Positions 1-9,811 of a stretch of DNA of 64,000 nt are shown here, one piece after another; the first letter of the stretch is position 1, and every line of letters begins with the position of its first letter. Position numbers and translations under genes: made by a program. This stretch comes from Salpingoeca rosetta (taxonomy: Eukaryota > Protista > Choanoflagellata), in NCBI GenBank assembly GCA_033442325.1, contig JAWQFM010000024.1:571716-635715 (forward strand). The letters run 5' to 3'. The notes below the pieces were generated by a model that saw only the letters and a list, made by a program, of their open reading frames with translations, did not search any database and was not told where the DNA came from.

Positions 1-140
1 GCACACACACACACACACACACACGCACACACACACACACACACACACGCACACACACAATAACACACACACACAATAACACACACACACACAATAACAC
101 ACACACACACACGCACACACACGCACACCATAATACACAC
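1..140. repeat. (CA)n microsatellite with AATAA interruptions at the 3' end of an intron
   Basis: Directly visible; precedes the acceptor CTGCAG at 150-155. Confidence 0.95.
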
Positions 141-155
141 AAATGCCCGCTGCAG

Positions 156-3100
156 GCCACCGGCTCAACTCGCAGTCCGTGGTCATCACCATCACGGACG
201 GAGGCTCGACGCAGCCGGACCAAGAGATCCAGGACGAGGCAACGCGCCTGGAGAACACCGGCGCACTGCTGGTTGCCGTCGGTGTGGGTGCAAGCACCGA
301 TGATGAGCTGACGGAGCTTGGCATTCTCTCGCAGTCCCCAAACAGCATCTTTGACCTGGATGCGGCGGAGGAGGCATACAACAACGGCTCCGACACGTTT
401 AACCAACAGGTTTTGCAGCCCGTGTTCAACCCACCGCCAACAACGACGACAACCACAACGACCACGACCACGACCACTACAACCACCACAACCACAACTG
501 TGGTGACGACCACGTTGCCGTTGGAGCCACTCAACGCGTCCATGTTCCACCCGCTCGACGCAATTTTCATCCTGGATGGTTCGGGCAGTGTCACGCAGCC
601 CAACTGGGATCGCCAGGTGGACTTCCTCACCTCCGTTGTCAGCCTGATTCCCGTCTCTCTCGATGACATTCGGTACGCGGCGACATTGAGTCTGTGTGTG
701 CGTGTGTGCATGTGCGCTTGTGCGCGGGTGTGCATGTGTGTGTTTGCGTGTGCATGTGTGTGTGTGCGTGTGTGTGTGTGCGTGTGCGTGTGCGTATGAG
801 AGAAGATTGTGCGTGTGAGAGAGTGTGTTGGCCGAGCAGCATCCGCAAGTAGCACATGTGAGGTCCATTCTTTCGTGTCAATTTCCGCTCACACACTGCC
901 TTCTTCACACCGGGTCCTCTGTTTGCCTGTGTGCTGTCAGGGTCGGCGTGTGTGTGCTGTTGGGCAACGCGCAGACGCTGATTGACCTGAACGGCGCCAC
1001 CTCCCCCGGCGCTGTCGTTGCCGCAGTCAACGCGTACACGTACGAGAACTTTAACCCGTCTGCCACGGGCGAGGCTCTCAACCAGGTGCACACGTCCATG
1101 CTGCTTCAGGTACAGTCGAAGAAAGAGACAGGAAGAGATTTGGCCGGGAAGGGGGGGGGGGCCGCGATGTTGCTCAGTGGTTTGGGCAGGGAGGGTACTT
1201 GGCTTGCTTGCACGTTCAGCGAGCATGCGTGGTTCTGCGGTGATGAGTTTCTTTCGTGTGTCATGCGGTGTGGAGGCGCCTACGTGATGCTTGCAAGTCG
1301 CGTTCACCCCCTCCCACACACCTTGCCAAGTTGCCATGTCACGACTGAACACCCCCATGTTTCAATCACCAACACTATCATCACCGCCATCACCATTACG
1401 ATCGTCATCAGGCCAACGGGCGGCGGACGGATGTGCCTGCCGTTGTCGTCGTCATCACGGATGGTGACTCGCAGGAAACCGACGAGTATGTGCAGGAGCA
1501 GGCGGACATTGTGCGCTCTGGTGTTGACCGCATGTACAGCATCGGACTCGACACGACCGATCCCGAGCACGCTGCGGAGCAGCTGGTGGTTGCCGGCAGC
1601 GCTTCTCGCGTCTACGAGCTGTCCACGCTGGAGGGCCAGCTTGCCTCTGATCAGCCCGCGTTTGAGGAGTCTTTCATTGGGCCTGTCTTCATGGGCACTG
1701 CGCAGCCAGAGGCATCGTCATCATCAGCGGTCCCACTTCCGTCGTCCTCGTCCCCAGCGCCGCTCCCATCATCCTCGCGGGCGTCGTCTGCCGCGCTCAG
1801 CACATCCGCTATGCTCAGCAGCACCGTGGTGCCAACAAGCTCGATGCCAGCAGCCAGCACCCCACAACCAACGCCAACACCCTCCCCACAGCTGTGCGCG
1901 TTTCTTCCCACCGACATGGTGCTTGTGTTGGACGCGAGTGGGTCCGTGGGCCAGTCGCAGTTTGACGATCAGATCCAGGCTGCCATCGGCCTCCTTGAAG
2001 GTCTTCCCTTGGGTGGCAGCATCAGGTGTGTGTGAATGTGTTTTGCTTTGCTTGTTTGTGTATTTGCATGCTTGGCTGTGTTGTTTGTGTATTTGCTTGG
2101 TTTGTTTTGCTTGTTTGTGTATTTGCTTGCTTGCATGTGTATTTGCTTGCTTGCTTGTTTTTTGTTTTGTTTGTTTGCTGCCGCAAGCGTGCGTGCGTGC
2201 GTGGGCGTACCACCACACACGTTCCAGTTGCGTGCATGCATGCATTTCACTTTTTCCCCTCCAACCCCCCTCCCACTAGTCCTTTCGCAAAGCTTTGACG
2301 CCTTTCCTCACTCATGTCAACCACCATGCACAAACCACCATAAAACTCTTAGGGTTGCTGGTACTGAGATCAAGTCCTCCCCCGAGGTTGTGCTGACGTA
2401 CGACCAAGGCTCCAGCTACGACACAGCCGCTGCCACCCTGCAGTCCATTGCGTACGGTGGGAACCAGGGCTCAGCGGTCGTGGGTGCCCTCAACCTCGCA
2501 GCGTCCACCTTTGGCTCTGCTGCACGCAACCTCTTTGTTGTGTTCACGGACGGCGACCCTGCGGACGGGTTTGATGAGCTGCTGGCGCTTGTGTCCGACA
2601 TTCGAAGCACCGGCGACCTTGTGCAAGTGATTGGGCTGAGCGGGCCCGGTGGCACGTTCAACACGACAGCGCTCGCCCTGCTCTCGGATGCCAGCACGCC
2701 GTACACCACGCTCCCAGCGCTCTTGCAGCAGCAGCAGGACGGCACCGCGTTCGGCTCCTTTGTGCGGCCACTCCTCTGTATGCTGCCTTCCACCAGCAGC
2801 CCCCCCTCGTCCACCCTCCTGCCTTCCTCATCCATCCCGCTCATCTTGTCCTCGACGGTGCAACCATCGGCCTCATCCCTGGTCACCATCACGCCGTCGT
2901 CGTCCTTGGCGCTGCCCACACCCTCGCCAACACCGACACCCACGCCAACGCCGCCCTACTGCGACTTCCTTGACTTGGACGTCGCGGTTGTCATTGATGG
3001 TTCCGGTTCCGTGCCCCGCGCCCGCTTCGACGAGCTCAAGGCCTTCGCCTCGCAGTTCGTGTCTGAGCTGCCACTGGGCGTTGCAGGCTCAACCACGCGT

Positions 3101-6100
3101 GTGGGGGTCTCCCTGCTCAAGGGCACACCAAGCACGGTTGCCCCGCTTTCCTCGGACACGGATGCCATTCTCGCTGCCATTGCCAACGAGCCCTACGTTT
3201 CCAACCGTCCGTCTGCCGCGGCCTCCGCCCTCGCCTATGTCACAGACACGCTCTTTGGCGCAGCGTACCAAGGGCGCGGCCTGGTGGTCGTTCTCTCGGA
3301 TGGCGATTCCCAGGAGTCGCTCGAGCAGGTGCGGGCTGAAGCCGAGCGCCTTGCAGCCATTGGCGCCCGCACGGTGGTCGTCGCCTTCCCTCCGCCTGGC
3401 GAGGTGGCACTCGACACGGCCAGCCTCTCCTTCTTCGTGCAGTCACTCGCGCGCGATGTGTTTGCGCTGGAGGACTTGCTCGCGTTGCCCCTTCCGGCAT
3501 ACCGAGACGCCTTCCTGCTGCCGACCGTGTGTAACGTCACGCTGCCTGTGTCGTCCACCTCCTCCGTGGCGGTGCTGTCGTCCACGCCGTCCCCCACACC
3601 GTCACCCAGGCCCTCATCCATCACCATCGTGCCCTCGTTCACACCAACCACGTCCGTGGTGGCGCCATCGACGACGGTGCTGGTCTCGTCAACCGTTCAG
3701 CCGTCTGCCTTCACGTCTGTCGCGTCATCCACGGCGACGCCGACGGTGACGCCCACAGCGAGCCCCACGCCGTCGCCAGAGCCGCCCTTCTGTGCCTTTG
3801 ATGGCGAGGACGTGGTGTTCATTATCGACGGCTCTGGCAGCGTGCCGCGCATCACCTTCAATCGCTCCATTGACATTGTCGCTGCGGCGGTGACCACGTA
3901 CGCCCGCAGCAACATCCGCGTTGGCGTCGTTCTTCTCAAGGGCACGCCAGAGATGGTGGTGCCGTTCACGCCCAGCAGCGATACGGACACCGTGCTGGCG
4001 GCCCTGCGCTCGCTCGTGTACGTCCCGCGTCGCCCCTCGGCCACCGCGTCCACGCTGCGCTATGTGCGCGAGGCGATGCTCACCGCCGGCAACGGCTACA
4101 GGGGTGGCGCCCTGCGCGTGGTCGTGGTGTCCGATGGAGATTCACAGGAGAATCCCAGCGACGTGCGCGAGCAGGCACGCCTCCTTCGCAGCATCGGGCC
4201 ACCGTCTGTGCTGCAGGCGATTGCGTTCCCACCGCCATCCACGCCAGGCCAGCTGGACACGGACGCCCTGCTGGACATTGTGCAGCGCACAGCCAACATC
4301 TTCTCCTTTGAAACGGCGGCGCAGCTGCTGAACATGGACCTGACGCTGTTCCAGCTCAACTTCTTTGAGCCCATCTTCTGCGACTTCCCGCTGCTGCCGT
4401 CGCCCTCCGTCTCCTCCAGCACAGTGCTGCCAACGCCGTCGTCGTCACCGGCCATATCTGTGATTGCCTCGTCCTCCTCGCCGGTGCTCACCCCTTCGCC
4501 GACACCAACGCCAGTTGCGTCATCACCAGCTGTCAGCAGCACCCCTGCCTTGTCCTCCACACCAGCCGTGTCTTCGACCCCTGCCGTGTCGTCTACACCA
4601 ACACCGGTTGCGTCATCACCAGCTGTTAGCAGCACCCCTGTTCTGTCATCGACCCCAGCCGTGTCACGCGTGGTGACCTCGTCCACTGTGCTGGCGACGC
4701 CGACCCCGTCCTCGTCGTTGGTGGTGTCGTCGTCCACGGTAACGCCAACACCGACGCCAACATCGTCCTCCGTTGCCGTGTCCACGCCTGTTGCATCGTC
4801 GTCCTTCAGCAGCCTTGTAGCGACGCCAACCCCATCATCATCATCATCATCATTTGTGCTCGTGTCCACGGCCTCGCCGAGCCCTTCGCTCTTCACGCCT
4901 TCGCCCAGCGTTTCTGTGTCTGCCTCTGTATCGGAGGTTGTCAGCAGCACGCCGGCGCTGTCACCGTCACAATCATCATCCGTGTCCGTGACTGTGTCCC
5001 CGACCCCATCTGTGGTGAGCTCGCTCGTGGTGTCTACCCCATCCCCAACGCCGAGCGCCATTGTGTCGTCTTCGCCCGTGTTCTCGTCCACTGTGCTGCC
5101 ATCCTCATCGCTGGTCACCCCCTCCCCGAGTGTGTCACCCATTGCATCGTCTTCGACCGTGGTGCCCACGCCGTCACCGAGCCCGTCGGCGATCGTGTCC
5201 TCCACCGTGTCTGCCACTCCCTCTATCAGCAGCAGCGTGGCGCCCTCCTTCATCTCGACCGTGGTGCCAACGCCGACCACAAGCGTTGTGCAGCCGTCAT
5301 CGTCGACAGCTGTGCCCAGCCCATCCATCTTCACGCCGTCGCCAAGCGCGACTGCTGTGAGCAGCACGCTCGTGGCCACGCCGAGCCCAAGCCCCGTGTC
5401 CAGTACGCTGCTGTTCACACCGTCGCCGTCCGTGTCGCTGTTCTCCCCGACACCGAGTGTGGCTGTAAGCAGCAGTATTGCGACGCCCAGCCCGAGCGTG
5501 TCGCCCATTTCGCCCACCGTCACCAGCAGCGTGGTGCTCACACCCTCGCCCTCACCGAGCATCAGCACGCCTGTCGTGTCCTCGGTGCTGGTGACGCCAT
5601 CCCCATCGCCCAGTGTGGTCGTGCAGCCCACCCCAACAGCCTCCCCGAGCCTGTTTACCAGCAGCGTGGCAGCGAGCAGCACCGTCACGGCGTCTGCATC
5701 GCCAAGCCCCGTGGTGTCTTCGTCCCCGAGCCCGTCTCCCATCAGCACGAGCGCGAGCACGAGTGTGGTGGCGCCCAGCCCGACCACGGCAGCACCATCG
5801 CTTGTGTCCACTTCGACCGTGGCCGCGTCTCCGTCGCCGTCCCTGGTTGCCTCGCCGTCTGTCAGCGTGTCCACGACGTCACCCGTGGCCACCAGTACGA
5901 GCGTGGTCACCAGCAGCGTCAGCAGCTCTGCGTCTGTGGTTGCGTCGCCGTCACCTTCTGTGTCGCCATCTCCAACGTCGACCCCTGCTGCGTCGACCAC
6001 GCCCACCACGCCCGCACCGTCACCGACACCAACGCCCGTGCCTGTGGACCAGCCGCCCCTCATCCTCAACGAGCTGCCCCGCAACCTGGCTGCAACACCC

Positions 6101-7414
6101 GGCAGAGGCCTGTTTGAGTTTACGGTGCCCGAAGACACGTTTTGGGATGCCGAGGACGGCTTTATTCTCACGTACGTCCTTGTGCCGCTGACCAGCACCT
6201 GGACAAACTGGCTGCAGTATGACACCGTGACGCGCATGTTTTCGGGCGTGCCCACAAACGCGGACGTGGGCGCGTACGGCTTCCTGCTGCAAGCGCGCGA
6301 CTCTGCTGGGCAGTACAGCCCACCGCTCTTCTTCACCATTGGCGTGCCGCGTGATGTGCGCCTCATGCCCGACTTGGTGGTCACGTTGGTGCTGGAAGAG
6401 TCGACGCAGCCGCAGGTCTCCGGCCGTCGCCGCCGCCGTCAGGCCGATGTTGATGTCAGCGATGCCAGTGGCGCAAGTGCTGTTGCTGTCACTGGCGCAG
6501 GTGCCGTTGAAGAAGGTGCTGCCCACGTGCACCGCGTGGGGCGTGCGACTGCGTGCCCGGCCGGCTCGCTCACGCTGGACCCGCAGGAGCGGGAGGACCT
6601 GATCACGGCCCTGGCGCAGTTCTTTGCCGTGGAAGCGAGCGCCATCAACCTGGTGAGCATCACGCCCGTCCCGGAGACGTGCCGTGTTGCCGTGGCCATC
6701 AGCGACAACACCGCCAGCGACTGCCGGGCCGTGGAGCGGCGCGAGCAAGAGATCAACAGCGACGAGTTTAGGTTGCGCGCCGTCGTCAACGCGGTGTCGC
6801 CCACGCTGACGGTGGTGGACGTGCAGGTTGACGCGGAGCCGTGCCCTGCGGTTGGTTTGCCGACGGCGACAGCCGCGGCGGAGGAGGTGCTGACCAAGAC
6901 GGTGGTGCCTGCCATTGTGGCGGCTGCGGTGCTGATCATGCTTGGCATCCTGGCCATGTACGCGGCTTCGCCGCCGAGCTCTCAAGGAGAAGCGCGGCGT
7001 CAACAAGGAGACGTTCCACCCGCGCTCGCCAATTGTGCTGCCCTCCGACCGCCAGCTTGCGCACAACGAGTTTTCACGCCGTGGGCCCACCACGCTCATC
7101 TCGCCGCCCTGGCTCTATGACAAAGGGCCTGAAGACGAGGACAAGGAGCTGTTGCACGGGCCAGACAGCCCAACGTACAAGGAGTTCCTGGCGCAGTCCA
7201 TGCAGCCGCCCCCCTATCGTGGTCCGCGAGAGGGTGGGGAGTCTGAGACGTACATGTCTGGCGCCGCTGCACCACAGTACCGTCCACCACCCGCATATCC
7301 GTATGAGGCAGGCCGCGCCTTTGATTTTAGTGAGTTGTGACTGGGGCGGAAGGTTGGAGGGTGGTGGGTAGTTATGTTGTTGTTGTTGTGGTGTGTGTGT
7401 GTGTGTGCTTTGTT

Positions 7415-7457
<43 letters not shown>

Positions 7458-8670
7458 TTGTTGTATGCGTGTGCTTTGTTGTATGCGTGTGCTTGTGTGT
7501 GTGTGTGTGTGCTTGTGTGTGTGTGTACGTGAGAGAGAGAGAGTGTGTGTGTGTGTTCGGGACAGACTTTGGCAGACCAGATTTTGTTGTGATTGAGCCT
7601 AACTGTTGCTGTGTCCCTTGCTTCGCTCGTTCCGCGGTTCTGCCCTTGTTTTTCTTTCAGGTGCGAGCGCTGGCACCGATGAGAGCGTGGCTGGGATGGA
7701 GGCATACACGGGCGAAGGGGTGACAACCATCACGACGACGACAACGACGACCACGCGCTTTGGCATGTTCAAGCCCGCCCCGCCGTACATCGACCCGCCA
7801 GATTACGCGTCTGCGCTGCACATGGAGCCCACGGATGGCTCGTATCCGTTTGTGTTCATCAACCGCGACACCATGTACGATGTGCCCGTGCAGCCCGAGC
7901 GCGTGCACGACGTGCGCCTGCCCACCACCAGGACGGGCACCACAGGCAGCAGCACGAGTGCCAGCAGCGCAGGCCCAAGCGCCAGCAGCAGCGCGGCCAG
8001 CAGCCACCGCCGCCAGTCGCGGAGTGAGGCTGGGCCGCAATTCGACTCTGGCAACACAACATCGCTGCTGGATGAGACGGCGACATACGTTGCCACGCCC
8101 ACATCTGCATCGCCGCAACGACAGCGCGCTGGCGGGCGCAGATCAGATGCGGGTGAGTTTGGTGACGTGTCGTATGCACAGGCGCAGCCCCGCGCATCAG
8201 AGCCAACCTACAACATGGCAGCGGCTCGCCAAAGCGCGGGCTCTGTTGATGCACGCCAGCAACAGCAACAGCAGCAGCAGCAGCAGCAGCACGAGCCCAT
8301 GTATGATCGCAGTCGACCATCGACGGGAACTGTACCGTCCTCGTCGCTACGGGAGCACACATACGACCGTGGTGTTGGCGGCAGTAGCAGACGCCGACGG
8401 GCGGAATTTGACACGCTGGATACCTTTGTTGATGACGACGACGACGACGATGGTGATGATGATGATGAGGAGGGTGATTTTGGAGACGAGCAAGGCGTGT
8501 ACACGTTCTCGGAGATGGGCGATGAAGACGAAGCACAAGCTGACGATGGCACATACGCGGCGCCACGACCGACGGGGACCTCTGAAACCTATGCCACGCC
8601 CGTGAGGCAGCAGGAAGAGCAGCACATTTACGCCAGTGCAGACAACCCGGATGGCTCTCCTCCCCAGTAG
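156..8670 (+). CDS. Dystroglycan-like type I membrane protein: >=5 VWA domains, mucin-like stalk, CADG domain, SEA-like module, TM helix and long PPxY/Tyr-rich tail (5' end outside window; one frameshift near 6963)
   Basis: Phase-compatible exons 156-672, 941-1109, 1412-2025, 2353-7329, 7661-8670. Four intact MIDAS motifs (FILDGSGS, LVLDASGS, VVIDGSGS, FIIDGSGS) plus the C-terminal half of a fifth VWA. S/T/P/V-rich stalk ~4395-6045. CADG: QPPLILNELP..FEFTVPEDTFWDAED..WLQYD..MFSGVP..LLQARDSAG. TM: KTVVPAIVAAAVLIMLGILAMY. The tail continues in another frame (RLRRRALKEK..FHPRSPIVLPSD..PPPY..PPAY) and splices A|GTGAGT(7330) to TTTCAG(7660). Confidence 0.85.
6047..6345 (+). other. Dystroglycan-type cadherin-like (CADG/He_PIG) domain
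   Basis: The pattern P-x-DTF-x-D-x-ED, W-L-x-[FY]-D, G-x-P and A-x-D-x-x-G is typical of the dystroglycan Ig-like domain (recalled human DAG1: KIPSDTFYDHED..SWVQFNS..MYGLP..HATDKGG). Confidence 0.85.
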
Positions 8671-8820
8671 CCTTGCGGTAAACGAGGACGAGAGAAGGAG
8701 AGGAGAGAGAAGCGTCTGCTCTTTGTCTGTTCGTGGTTGTGCTTGTGAGATTCCACCTGCGTTTTACTGCTGTTTGTTAGTGAGGCGATGAAGAAGAAAG
8801 ACGCATGCATAGGCTGGTCG

Positions 8821-8870
<50 letters not shown>

Positions 8871-9108
8871 GAGAGGGGTGTGTGTTTGGAGGGAGATGAT
8901 GAGGAGAAAGAGTGGAAGGACCGTTCATCTTGTTTTATGTACACAGTTGATATCTGGCCATGTTTCCCATAAACTTTCGCTTGTTGTCCCCCTTGCACAA
9001 ACAAAAACCAAAACAAAGCAAGCCAAGCAAGCAAGAGAGGCATTTTGCTGTCTTCCTTGCCGCTCCTTGCTCTGTCTTGACCAACAAACAACAACCCCCA
9101 GCGCCGTT

Positions 9109-9740
9109 ATGGGGAAGAGTGCTGCTGTCGTGGTGGTTGCGTTGGTGGCGCTGACGGGGGTGTTGAGCACCCTCACGTCAGCACAGTCATCCAGCACTGC
9201 GCAACCAGGCACCACAACCAACGACATCACTGAACCCAGCATCACCACGAAGAACGGCGATCTCCTCATCGAATCGCCGGTGCGTGTTTGTGTTTGTGTT
9301 TTGTGTTTGTTGTGTTTTATGTTTGTGTTTGTGTTTGTGTTTGTGTTTGTTGTGGCTGCTCGTCTCGGGCTCATCTTGCAGAGAGCAACTGTTGTACCGA
9401 GATGTCGGTAGTGTAAGTAGTGTAATGTGAAAGTAGACAAGACGAGAGGTGCTCATCTCACACGCCCTCTTGTCCTTCATTGCACTCACACGCACGGTGG
9501 TGCATTGCTCAGGGTGGCATTTGCTTTGGCGTGAATGGCGTTCCTGCCGGTTTCTCCGCTTTCAAAGGCGATCAAGGCCCCGCAGGTGCGTACGTTCCTT
9601 GCACACAAGGCAGGAGTTGTTGTTGCGCGTGCGCTGAGATTGTGGACTTACTGTCGTCTGCATACCTGCTGCACTGAGCGAACACACACGCACACGCACA
9701 CATACACACATACACACACATACACACATACACACATACA

Positions 9741-9811
<71 letters not shown>

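Noticed and set aside
2036-2352. Hydrophobic N-terminus of the 1694-aa ORF as a signal peptide or TM region
   Set aside because: Lies within intron 2026-2352 (TTTG/TTGC repeats); the VWA domain is continuous only when it is spliced out.
4096-6384. 762-aa antisense ORF rich in G/D/T/V
   Set aside because: Shadow of the Ser/Thr/Pro/Val mucin codons on the + strand; no independent domain signal.
6958-6986. Tiny intron starting at AT|GTACGC as an explanation of the frameshift
   Set aside because: Nearby AGs give 21 or 29 nt introns that do not reach the tail frame.
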